Position numbers and translations under genes: made by a program. The notes beneath the pieces were generated by a model that was not told where the DNA came from, did not search any database, and worked only from the letters and a program-made list of their open reading frames with translations. From positions 3,456,001 to 3,520,000 of the forward strand of contig OZ242029.1 in the NCBI GenBank assembly GCA_965205015.1: 64,000 bases of DNA. The letters run 5' to 3'. This document shows positions 1 through 9,071 of the stretch, piece after piece. The stretch is from Candidatus Poribacteria bacterium. Its GTDB lineage: Bacteria > Poribacteria > WGA-4E > WGA-3G. Within the stretch, counting starts at the first letter, position 1; each line of letters opens with the position of its first letter.

Positions 1-735
1 GTGCAAGTTCAACTCTGTAGTATTGAATGTTGTACCCTTCATGCTATTGACAACCCCGACTGTGAGCAAAATCAAGCCTTCTGTCAAGATACGATTGCGT
101 GGGGAAAAATCTGTGACGACATCTGGATCTGGAATTATAACACCAATTTCCGAGCCTACGATTTGCCGTTTCCAAATCTGCGGAGTATTGCTCCCAATGT
201 CCGTTATTTTTTACGGAACAACGCCAAAGGCGTCTTCATGCAGGCAAACGGCAATGGGTTAACAGGTGAATTTTCCGATCTACGGAATTACCTAATCTCA
301 CACCTCATCTGGAACCCATACCTTGATGCTGATGCGCTCTTAACCGAATTTGTAAATCTCCATTACGAAGCCGCTGCACCTCCGATCTTGGCGTATATCA
401 CCTTCCTTCACGAGAACGTTGAGGCGAGAGGTCTTCATCCGCGGTGCTTCCCAACGCCGGAAGACGTTGGTTTAGACGCGGAAAGCACACGGGTTATTTT
501 TGACCATTTTCAGCAGGCGTTAGCACTTGCTGAGAAGCCAGAAATCCGGGCGCGTGTGGAAAAAGCCTCCATCCCTGCCTACAAAGCGATGCTTGTTGCT
601 GGCGGCGAGATGCCATCTCAGAAACGGCAAACGCTGATTGAGGACTATATCGTGTTGTGCGAACGCTACAACATGTCGCACGCTGCAGAAACGCAAACGG
701 CAGAAGCGTATTTCGAGGAACTCCGCAACCAGTGA
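1..735 (+). CDS. DUF4838-like domain protein, 5'-truncated by the window edge
   Basis: Open frame from base 1. The segment WIWNYNTNF...PFPNL...GVFMQ...LRNYLISHLIWNP resembles DUF4838 family proteins. Confidence 0.7.
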   Translation: MQVQLCSIECCTLHAIDNPDCEQNQAFCQDTIAWGKICDDIWIWNYNTNFRAYDLPFPNLRSIAPNVRYFLRNNAKGVFMQANGNGLTGEFSDLRNYLISHLIWNPYLDADALLTEFVNLHYEAAAPPILAYITFLHENVEARGLHPRCFPTPEDVGLDAESTRVIFDHFQQALALAEKPEIRARVEKASIPAYKAMLVAGGEMPSQKRQTLIEDYIVLCERYNMSHAAETQTAEAYFEELRNQ

Positions 736-818
736 TATCATTTCATCGGACTGCTTTGCAGTGAGAACCTTCCATCCCCTGCTGATTGCTGATCGCTGAT
801 TGCCGACTGCCATTAAAA

Positions 819-3647
819 ATGTTTGATTTCCGAACTCCACTCTTCCTAATTCTACTTGTGGCGATTCCTGTGCTAATCTTTGTGCAGCGGGGCGCGCACC
901 TCAGCACAGCAAAGTGGCGAAAGCGCGCAACCTTCTTTCTTAGGGGCGCTGCCCTTTTCTGCGCCATCCTCGCCTTAGCCAACCTACACCGGACGCACAC
1001 GCAACAACAGCTCACTGTTGTCTTCCTCATTGACATTTCCGAAAGCATCCGGCCCACACAGTACGAAAAAGTACTCACACAGATAGACACCACTGTCGCA
1101 CACTTAAAACCGACTGACACATTCGGTATTATCAGTTTTGCAAGAGAAGTTAGGGTCCTACTGGAAATCCGTCAGAAGCAAGATCAACCGACGGAAATCG
1201 CGCCTATACTATCTTTGGAAACACTTGCAGAACAGACGATCCGGCGAGATGGCACCGATGTACTGACCGCACTCAAGCGCGCAATCGCCCTATTACCGGA
1301 CACCTATCATCGACGGGTCGTCCTATTTAGCGATGGGATCCACAACACCGGTGGAACATCCCTCAGAGACTATCTGCCGTTGCTCTCGGCAAGCGGTGCC
1401 GAAATATTAACGATACCGTTTAGCACTGTTAACGATGCCGTCCGGGTAGTGCAGTTGCAGGTACCGTCTCAGGTCCGCAAAGGACAAAGCTTTGAAATTG
1501 GTGCGGTCATTGAAACCGATGGCAGTATCCCTACCTTAACCGCCACCCTCTATCACGATGGCAAGTCAGCTGAGGCGTTTGAATGGACATTGCCAAGCGG
1601 TATACATTCCCTTTCCTTAACCAGGGGGCAGCTTTTAGAGGAGAGAAACCATCGATATACGTTGAGACTGCACATAACCGATGAAATCCCCGAAAATAAT
1701 CAGGGGCATGGGATTGTGGCAATTCAGGGCAAACCGCACGCCCTATACGTAGAAGGAGATCTGGCACCCGCTGCAGTTTCCCCAGCCCCGGTCGGTGCGG
1801 TTTCTAACCGAAAGCTGAAGCCATCCCACCCGTTACTGGGAAGGGGCACCGGACATAGTGCTGAAGTGAAGACTGTCCTTGAAGAGAACGGCTTCATCGT
1901 CGAAGCGATATCTCCGGCAGAGATGCCAGCGGAACTCGTAGAACTCCAACGCAGCCATGTCCTGATTCTGAGCAATGTGTCTGCAGAGACACTCTCATCT
2001 GAACAGTTGCAGAGCATCGAAAATTACGTCCGGGACCTCGGACATGGATTAGTGGTTATCGGTGGGGAACGCGCATACGGACCCGGCGGCTATACCGATA
2101 CGGCGTTGGCGCGCGCGTTACCCGTGGAAATGACACCTCGTGAACGCAAAGACGCCGTCGCAATTGTTTTCGTGCTTGATACATCGGGGAGTATGGCAAA
2201 CTACGTTGAGGCGCGGCAGAAGATTGGACTCGCAATTGAAGGGGTTCGCGCCGGCATCCGGAATCTTGATGCGGAAGATGCGGCAGGAATTCTCGGTTTC
2301 AATGTCGCTGTTCACACTATTTCCGACCTTACCTCTGATCACGAGGCACTCCGCCAAACCGTGAGTCGGCTGAGACCGACAGGCGGCACCACGAAGATGG
2401 AAGCGGCTACAGAACACGCCTACGAGATGCTCAAAGCAAACAGTGCGAAACGGAAGCACATCGTTCTCTTATCAGACGGCAAATCTGATGGGGACGCCTC
2501 CGCTTTCTTTGACTTAGCCGAACAGATTGCTGAAGCACAGATCGGCATCACAACGATCGCGATAGGTGATGCAAACAGGGAACGCCTCACGCGGTTCGCG
2601 GAGAACGGTGGCGGACGTGCAGTCTTTGTGGAAAATATTCAGCAATTGCCAGCGATTTTAACGGAAGCCGTCCGAAAGACGCAGCGTTACATCGTTCAAG
2701 AACCCTTTCAACCCGTTATTAAGGCGACAAATGAATCAATTGTAGCGGGTATCGAGGTGCTACCACCGCTTCATGGGTATGTTGCGACGAGTGAAAAGGA
2801 GACTGCACAGGTGTTCATCCAGTCGCATAAAGATGAACCGATCCTTGCGGGTTGGAATGTGGGTTTGGGGAAGGCGATCGCGTGGACATCGGACGCGAAA
2901 CCGGCATGGGCAAAGGAGTGGATTCCGTGGCGCAACTTCGGAAAATTTTGGGGACAGGTTATCAATTGGACACTCCCCGCAGCAGACGCCGGCTCCGACT
3001 TCGATCTCAGGGTATCCATGCACCACGGCGTGGCGGAAGTTAACATTGATACACGCACCGCATCAGAAGCGTCTTACAGGGTACAGGTCGTAGGTCCAGA
3101 TCTCGCAAACCAGCGTGTTGAAATCCGACAGGTTACACCGACACGTTATAACGGCACATTTCGGACGCAGGACAGTGGATCCTATATCATCACGGCTGAG
3201 CGTGAGGGTGATGGACGTAGAAGCGTTGAAACCGTATCGCTCCCTTATCCAGCAGAATACGCCGAGTTTCAGGTCGATACCGCCTCGCTCAGGATGCTCG
3301 CCGCTGGCACCGCTGGTATTTATGAACCGACACCCGTCCAAATAGCAGCACCGGCTGGAACACCAATGGAAAGTCAGGCTTCACTTGCCCAAGCACTGCT
3401 GGTTGTCGCCGCCATTCTGTTCGTGTTGGAGATGATCCTCCGCCGTTTCAGCGTAACAAATCGGTATCTCACAGCGTTTCTCACTCGGTTCCACGGAAAG
3501 CCAGATGATCTCGTAGGGGCGGGGTTACCCCACCCACCAGCAGCGGCGATGTCTTCAACCGAACGTGATACAGAAAACACAGCTCCTCTACAGCCAACAG
3601 AGACTTCAATGACGCGACTCTTAGCCGCAAAAAGACGGGCGCGTTGA
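819..3647 (+). CDS. Membrane-anchored double VWA / class I glutamine-amidotransferase-like protein
   Basis: N-terminal BatA-like TM segments, two MIDAS motifs (DISES, DTSGS), GATase1-like region (LILSNV..GLVVIGG..YGPGGY), C-terminal TM followed by LRR. ATG at 819 preferred; 786 lies in a heptamer repeat. Confidence 0.85.
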   Translation: MFDFRTPLFLILLVAIPVLIFVQRGAHLSTAKWRKRATFFLRGAALFCAILALANLHRTHTQQQLTVVFLIDISESIRPTQYEKVLTQIDTTVAHLKPTDTFGIISFAREVRVLLEIRQKQDQPTEIAPILSLETLAEQTIRRDGTDVLTALKRAIALLPDTYHRRVVLFSDGIHNTGGTSLRDYLPLLSASGAEILTIPFSTVNDAVRVVQLQVPSQVRKGQSFEIGAVIETDGSIPTLTATLYHDGKSAEAFEWTLPSGIHSLSLTRGQLLEERNHRYTLRLHITDEIPENNQGHGIVAIQGKPHALYVEGDLAPAAVSPAPVGAVSNRKLKPSHPLLGRGTGHSAEVKTVLEENGFIVEAISPAEMPAELVELQRSHVLILSNVSAETLSSEQLQSIENYVRDLGHGLVVIGGERAYGPGGYTDTALARALPVEMTPRERKDAVAIVFVLDTSGSMANYVEARQKIGLAIEGVRAGIRNLDAEDAAGILGFNVAVHTISDLTSDHEALRQTVSRLRPTGGTTKMEAATEHAYEMLKANSAKRKHIVLLSDGKSDGDASAFFDLAEQIAEAQIGITTIAIGDANRERLTRFAENGGGRAVFVENIQQLPAILTEAVRKTQRYIVQEPFQPVIKATNESIVAGIEVLPPLHGYVATSEKETAQVFIQSHKDEPILAGWNVGLGKAIAWTSDAKPAWAKEWIPWRNFGKFWGQVINWTLPAADAGSDFDLRVSMHHGVAEVNIDTRTASEASYRVQVVGPDLANQRVEIRQVTPTRYNGTFRTQDSGSYIITAEREGDGRRSVETVSLPYPAEYAEFQVDTASLRMLAAGTAGIYEPTPVQIAAPAGTPMESQASLAQALLVVAAILFVLEMILRRFSVTNRYLTAFLTRFHGKPDDLVGAGLPHPPAAAMSSTERDTENTAPLQPTETSMTRLLAAKRRAR

Positions 3648-3727
3648 TGCTGTTGTCAGTTGATAATACTGCGGTAAAATTTCGATGCCAGCATTTCCAA
3701 TTGAGTCTCATCTGCATCGGTAAATAT

Positions 3728-4627
3728 TCAAGGTGTGTATGTCATTGCACAACGAAACCCTACGCTGAAGTATGCTTCTGAGGGAGACATTGTGACGCGA
3801 GAGGCACAACGCACAGACGCTGCTTTACTTGCCCAAGAACCACCGCGAAACACGCGGTTGCCGTCGACATTTGTGAAATTATCCATGAGCCAATCTGGCA
3901 CGTTTACACTGCTGTTAACAGGAAAAGAATCATAGGGACCGAATTCGTGTTCATCTAAACACCACTCCCACACATTACCTGCCATATCATATAAGCCATA
4001 AGCGTTCGGGCCATCGTTTGAGAAGCTACCAATAATCGTGGTATCGCCAATATTATTATTGTAGTTAGCATCTCTATCAGTAATCTTATTACCCCACGGA
4101 TACTTCTTTCCTTTTAAGCCTCCGCGTGCAGCGCGTTCCCATTCAGCCTCTGTCGGCAAACGCTTTCCTGCCCACTTCGCGTAAGCCATTGCTGCGTACC
4201 AACTGACATAAGTTACAGGATGATTATTTTTTCCGTCGGGATAGTTGGTTCCATTCCAGTTTGTTAGGTAATTGCCGTTATCTAATCTGTCATCAATATG
4301 TTCTTTTTGCCACTGAGAATTTTCAATGATAAATTGCTTGTATTCTGCATTAGTAATCTCGTTCCTGTCTATAAAAAAAGCATTAACATAAACAGTATAC
4401 ACTGGCTGTTCATCATTATGTGATGCATCTACGTAGTTAATTCCCATCTCAAATTCACCTGCGGGAATTAGCACCATGCCTTCTGGCACGAAGAGCGTAG
4501 TAGATTCATGATTATAGACGGTTTTCTTCTGCAAGGCATCGTTCTGGGAAAAGATGAATAATGCACTTGTGCCAAGAGCGGCGAATGCTATAACAATAAG
4601 GAGCCTATTTTTTTGTATAAGTGCCAT
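3728..4627 (-). CDS. SUMF1/EgtB/PvdO (FGE-sulfatase domain) protein with N-terminal anchor
   Basis: Motifs IPAGEFEMG, HPVTYVSW, KRLPTEAEWERAARGG, YGLYDMAGNVWEW, RGGSW, GFRC. Start taken at MALIQK (4627). Visibly AT-richer than its neighbours. Confidence 0.9.
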   Translation of the reverse strand: MALIQKNRLLIVIAFAALGTSALFIFSQNDALQKKTVYNHESTTLFVPEGMVLIPAGEFEMGINYVDASHNDEQPVYTVYVNAFFIDRNEITNAEYKQFIIENSQWQKEHIDDRLDNGNYLTNWNGTNYPDGKNNHPVTYVSWYAAMAYAKWAGKRLPTEAEWERAARGGLKGKKYPWGNKITDRDANYNNNIGDTTIIGSFSNDGPNAYGLYDMAGNVWEWCLDEHEFGPYDSFPVNSSVNVPDWLMDNFTNVDGNRVFRGGSWASKAASVRCASRVTMSPSEAYFSVGFRCAMTYTP

Positions 4628-4848
4628 ATTCCGTCTTCTCTTACTTCTTTGTGTCCTGCTAACCTGCGTTGCCGAGCGTTGGAATTGGTTTTTAGGATGT
4701 GGTCTCTGACGAATTAAATTTGACGATTTCTTCCCAAAGCATGTTCCCCTCAGCATCGCAAAATTTCCTGAAATCTGCCTCTATGTAAGTAGTTATCAAG
4801 ATGATACCATACTTACGAGGAAAAAATTAAGTAAAAAGGTGTGAGCAG

Positions 4849-4916
4849 ACAGAGCCATTCAATTCTCTGGTAGGGGGGAACTCCGATTCCCGAACCCTCA
4901 AACTGAATGGCTCTGT
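4849..4916. mobile_element. MITE-like element with terminal inverted repeats around a GTAG-REP-like hairpin
   Basis: Ends ACAGAGCCATTCA ... TGAATGGCTCTGT (13-bp perfect IR). Internal gtaggggggaactccgattcccga. Confidence 0.6.
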
Positions 4917-4940
4917 GTAATTAGGAAAATGCCGCTCATT

Positions 4941-5294
4941 TCAATACCACGTATCGGTTGAGAGCGAGGCAACTGCAGTATCTTCATTCTCAAAATGCTC
5001 GAAGAGATGAATCAGCCGACTCCGGACGACCAGATTTCTGATGTTTCCGCCAACATTAATGATACCGATACGTCCCTTCTTCTGCTTTGCCTCGATATAC
5101 GCACGGACTAAGGCACCGAGACCGGAACTGTCTATCTTGTGAACGTGCGCGAAATTAATCAGAATACGCGCTGTATCCGTCGCGTTTACGCGTGAAATGA
5201 GTTCTTCTTGTAATTCTGACGCTGCGGTTCCTAAAATGTTCCCAGTGGGTTCCACGATAGGAATGCCGCCTTTCATTTGCATTAGAGTCGTCAT
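4941..5294 (-). CDS. STAS-domain anti-sigma factor antagonist
   Basis: 117 aa with the conserved IDSSGLGAL phospho-acceptor motif. SD AAGGAG upstream. Confidence 0.9.
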   Translation of the reverse strand: MTTLMQMKGGIPIVEPTGNILGTAASELQEELISRVNATDTARILINFAHVHKIDSSGLGALVRAYIEAKQKKGRIGIINVGGNIRNLVVRSRLIHLFEHFENEDTAVASLSTDTWY

Positions 5295-5306
5295 AGGTTT
5301 TCTCCT

Positions 5307-5766
5307 TTAATTCGTATAATTCTTCGGTGTAATCCCAAAGATTCGGATGTGGATACCCGGGTGACACTTCGGGATACGGACACCGCTGAGCGGTAAGACG
5401 CGGTCTACTTTGGCGGGTGCCGCTGCTGTTATTTCATCGCCTAAGAACGCCGCCAGCATACCAAGATAATCAGAAACTTCACCGCTATGGTAACGCTTCT
5501 GTTTCTTCAGGCATCCTTTGTGTGTCATCGTTAGATAGGGGCATTTGCAATGTTTCAAACACTGCGATCTCTGTTAGGGGGTCAACTGCCTCCGCGGTGT
5601 GCTGCGCTTTCCTGTTCTCGAGCCGCTGCATCGCTGCGGCTCTCCGCGCCAATTCTTCTGTAATTTCCTGGCGGATGTACCAACGACAAAATTGGGCACC
5701 GACGACCAGTACAAAGAAAGTAACACCCACAAAAATCAATCGGTTTAAGAGAGCCTCACGGAACAT
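5307..5766 (-). pseudogene. Membrane-anchored hypothetical protein, probably fragmented by frameshifts
   Basis: ORF 5766-5485 has SD GGAGG and an N-terminal TM. Plausible coding continuation in shifted frames (SGEVSDYLGMLAAFLGDE..., then PYPEVSPGYPHPNLWDYTEELYE) up to the STAS RBS. Confidence 0.45.
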
Positions 5767-5805
5767 ACGTCACCTCCAGGTTCATATTCATTACCAACGT
5801 CTTAG

Positions 5806-5820
5806 GCAAGTTTTATGCCA
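5806..5820 (-). promoter_or_regulatory. sigma54 (-24/-12) promoter
   Basis: Minus strand reads TGGCATAAAACTTGC (GG-N10-GC), about 40 bp upstream of the ATG at 5766 and divergent from a sigma54 activator gene. Confidence 0.8.
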
Positions 5821-6008
5821 ATACCCTGAAAAATAGTATTTTCTGAGCCAAAACCGCTGACATCCCAAAGATATTTTCGCGATAGAGCGTCCCTAAACCC
5901 CGCGTATTCACAAGGTTTATCAACCCCCAAGCATAACCCTCTGACTTTCAATTTAAAATCTTGTTTTGCTGAAAAAAGTAGATAACTCTGGAATCCTCTG
6001 GCTATCGT

Positions 6009-6071
6009 TGACACGCAAAAATTGTAGGGTGACACGCAAAAATTGTAGGGTGACACGCAAAAATTGCGTCA
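6009..6071. repeat. Three 21-bp tandem repeats, probable enhancer (UAS) for the adjacent sigma54 activator
   Basis: TGACACGCAAAAATTGTAGGG twice, then TGACACGCAAAAATTGCGTCA. The third copy contains the perfect IR ACGCAA-AAA-TTGCGT. Confidence 0.7.
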
Positions 6072-6177
6072 CTGGGAACCCTCGCGCATATTGCGCGCGT
6101 TTTTTTCTTGTGGAAAAGAATGGGATGTGGTATTATCTTCTAACGTCGGATTCCGTTAGAGGAGTGAGGAGCGCCTT

Positions 6178-7323
6178 ATGAACATACAACCAACATTTAT
6201 CGAATTGCCATCAGCACCGATGCAGGAGATTTATCGCACGGTTCAGCAGGTTGCGGAATCAGACCTTCCGTTTTTCATTATGGGCGAAACGGGTGTGGGT
6301 AAGGAGGGGATCGCACGATACATCCACAAAAAGGGTCCCCGACGGGACAAACCTTTCATCGCTATCAACTGTGGGAGATTCACCTCCGAACTCCTACAAA
6401 GTGAGCTCTTTGGACATGAAGCAGGGGCGTTTACCGGGGCAGACCACCCGCGGCAGGGAGTATTTGAAAGGGCAGACGGTGGCACACTCTTTTTAGATGA
6501 GGTTATTGAGATGCCCTTGGAGGCACAGAAGATGCTCCTCCGTGTTTTGGATACGCGGACTTTCACACGCCTCGGCGGAAATGAGGACCTCACGACGGAT
6601 ATTCAGATTATCGCAGCGACAAATCGGAATATTGGAGAAACGGTTTTGAAAGCAGAGTTTAGAGCCGACCTTTTCTATCGCCTGATGGGCATGATGCTCG
6701 ATGTCCCACCGCTGCGGGATCGGCCCGAAGACATCGCTCCCTTAGTGACCACTTTTATTCACGACTTCAGCCCTGAACCTGGAAAAGGGGTGACGGGGAT
6801 TACACCAGAGGCACTCACTCGCCTTGAAAAAGCGGCCTGGCCCGGCAATATCCGCCAACTGAGAACGACGGTTCGAACAGCCATCTCGCTGGCGACCACC
6901 GATACACTTGAAGTTAAAGACTTCCCCTATAATTTTTTCACCGCCCCAGGCTTGGAAAACCCCCTCTCCGCGCTGGACATAAAAGGCAACACATCTACCT
7001 TCCCAGAATTTGTTCAGATACTCCTCTCTATATGGAAGACGCTTCCATCGGAGACACGACAGACGATTATTGGTGAACTCTCAACATATCTACCGGAGTT
7101 TTGGCGGAACTTCCAAACTTCCAATATCGCAACGCCAGACGAAAACGGAGAGCTTCTGAACATAAAAGATATGGATCAGCATGAAATTTTACGTGAGGTT
7201 GCTCAGAGGCGTATTGAGGCATACGCCTCCCTCAATAAGGCGGCACGCTCCTTAGGTATCGATATCCGGACCCTTCAAAAACATGCCCACTACGAAGATC
7301 ACGACGCTGCCTCAGAGAAATAA
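6178..7323 (+). CDS. sigma54-dependent enhancer-binding protein lacking an N-terminal regulatory domain (PspF-like architecture)
   Basis: Walker A GETGVGKE, ELFGHEAGAFTGA, Walker B LFLDEV, FRADLFYRL, WPGNIRQL, C-terminal HTH (LNKAARSLGIDIRTL). Confidence 0.92.
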   Translation: MNIQPTFIELPSAPMQEIYRTVQQVAESDLPFFIMGETGVGKEGIARYIHKKGPRRDKPFIAINCGRFTSELLQSELFGHEAGAFTGADHPRQGVFERADGGTLFLDEVIEMPLEAQKMLLRVLDTRTFTRLGGNEDLTTDIQIIAATNRNIGETVLKAEFRADLFYRLMGMMLDVPPLRDRPEDIAPLVTTFIHDFSPEPGKGVTGITPEALTRLEKAAWPGNIRQLRTTVRTAISLATTDTLEVKDFPYNFFTAPGLENPLSALDIKGNTSTFPEFVQILLSIWKTLPSETRQTIIGELSTYLPEFWRNFQTSNIATPDENGELLNIKDMDQHEILREVAQRRIEAYASLNKAARSLGIDIRTLQKHAHYEDHDAASEK

Positions 7324-7363
7324 AGGTATATTCTCAACCAAAATCCCTGACAGCCCGAGGCGA

Positions 7364-8869
7364 TTACGCCAGAGTTCGTTGTCGAATCTCATGCCAGGGA
7401 CCTGTAATCGCCAGCGTAATCCCGTGACTCTGAATGTTCACAAAAAGAGTCGTGCCATCGGGTGAGAACGTTGCCCCTGCAAGTTCAGACATGTTACCAG
7501 CGTTGCGAGCAAACCGATAGAGATGGCCTTCAGGCGTTATGCCAATTAAAAACTCCTCTTCTGGACCATCTTCGCAGATGATTAGATCACCCCACGGTGT
7601 GACAGTCAGGTTATCGGCGTTTTCCATGAGATTCCTGTCATTTGGCTCAACGAAGAGTTGAAGCGTGCCGGGTTCCTGTTCCTCGCGGCTTGTGCCTTCA
7701 TGCGGACTCGGCATGTATTTCCAAATCTGTCCTTTGTATGCAATGCCCCCATTCGTACAGGCAATATAGAATTCTCCGTGTTCTTGATTACTGCCGTACC
7801 AAATTCCTTCTCCGCGTGCGAACTTCGCCGCGTCTTTGCCTTCGGCACCCTGTATGCGGAGATCGTCGTTCGGCGATTCCACATTCTCAATATCTACCCA
7901 TTCGACTGCGAATGTTTCACCGACTGGAATCGGGTTGTACGTCCACGGAAAAATCTTCTGCGTTCGGCTTTTCCAATTTCGGGTATCTACGCTCTTCATA
8001 TCCCGAATCTTCAATGCCTGAAGTTTGCCGCCTGCCGCGAGTTCAGCCGCCCGGCCAGTGAAACGGTCTGGGATAAACCGATAGATTAAACCATCCCCTC
8101 TGTCTTCAGTTTCATAGACAATCCCGGTTTTCGGATCGACAGCGACTGCCTCATGATTGAAACGTCCCATCGCTTTCAGCGGGATCGGATCGGCCAATCC
8201 TATATCAGTGGAAACCGGCACCTCAAAATTGTACCCGTGGTCAACCTCGTAGGTCTCCTCCGCCTTTTGCATAGTTTCTTCACAGGTGATCCACGTATTC
8301 CAAGGCGTTAAGCCACCGGCACAATTCCGGATTGTCCCTATCAGACTCAAGAAGTGTTTCTCCAGCGTCTGTGTCCGTGTGTCGTAGACGAGTGTCGTCG
8401 TTCCACCGATACACGGCAGTTCCCCAGATCCTGCGTCATACAGTTTATCAGCGGCGGAGCGTTCAAGTTTTTCGTTATTCCATCCAAAGGGACCGACGTT
8501 TTTAGCGGTGGCGGTCAATTCGTGGTTTCGGACGAGGATAGTTTTGCCATTAGGACCTGGATATGCCGCCATGCCATCGTGTCCGCCCGGCACCCAGAGT
8601 CCATCGTCCATGATTTCACCTGTTCTCGAAAAAGCGTGTGCGGTAAACCCTTCCGGGAGGTCAAGCAGGCGATTCGGCGTCGGTGCAAACTCGAAAGGGG
8701 GTTCAGGTCCAAAACCCGGCACCTTTTGAATTAATGCGTTGCCACACCCTAAAAATCCCAGACTGACTGCTGTCGATGCAGCCGAGAGGGTGCCATACCG
8801 TAGAAATTGTCGTCGAGATAGTTTATGTCTGTGCTGCTTGCGAGCAGAAACTTGTTGTGTAGAAGTCAT
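7364..8869 (-). CDS. PhoX/DUF839-family alkaline phosphatase-like protein, Tat-exported
   Basis: Tat signal SRRQFLR with a lipobox-like LGC. Motifs LVRNHE, NCAGG.TPW..W.TCEE, MGRFNHEA, RGEG, ICEDG, ELAGATFSPDG..LFVNIQ. Confidence 0.88.
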   Translation of the reverse strand: MTSTQQVSARKQHRHKLSRRQFLRYGTLSAASTAVSLGFLGCGNALIQKVPGFGPEPPFEFAPTPNRLLDLPEGFTAHAFSRTGEIMDDGLWVPGGHDGMAAYPGPNGKTILVRNHELTATAKNVGPFGWNNEKLERSAADKLYDAGSGELPCIGGTTTLVYDTRTQTLEKHFLSLIGTIRNCAGGLTPWNTWITCEETMQKAEETYEVDHGYNFEVPVSTDIGLADPIPLKAMGRFNHEAVAVDPKTGIVYETEDRGDGLIYRFIPDRFTGRAAELAAGGKLQALKIRDMKSVDTRNWKSRTQKIFPWTYNPIPVGETFAVEWVDIENVESPNDDLRIQGAEGKDAAKFARGEGIWYGSNQEHGEFYIACTNGGIAYKGQIWKYMPSPHEGTSREEQEPGTLQLFVEPNDRNLMENADNLTVTPWGDLIICEDGPEEEFLIGITPEGHLYRFARNAGNMSELAGATFSPDGTTLFVNIQSHGITLAITGPWHEIRQRTLA

Positions 8870-9016
8870 AAAGTGCCCTCACCAAGCGTCAGAGTGGTAA
8901 TTGAGATCATTATACTGTAGACGATACGCACTGTTTTCACTTACATCATAAAGTATAGCATTAAAATTTTACAATATTATTTATTTTTTTTCAAAAGTTT
9001 GTGGCAAATAATCAAG

Positions 9017-9046
9017 TTGACAGTGATTCGCTAATTGGATTATAAT
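9017..9046 (+). promoter_or_regulatory. sigma70-type promoter
   Basis: TTGACA-N18-TATAAT, ending 25 bp upstream of the ATG at 9072. Confidence 0.6.
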
Positions 9047-9071
9047 ATGTTGTGAAAGGAATTAACCAGAT

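Noticed and set aside
780-815. N-terminal extension MLIADCRLPLK of the VWA gene
   Set aside because: It is the translation of a GCTGATT-type heptamer repeat. The ATG at 819 is the more plausible start.
6009-6071. Possible CRISPR array
   Set aside because: The repeats are directly adjacent with no spacers, only three units, and no cas genes. A sigma54 enhancer explains them better.
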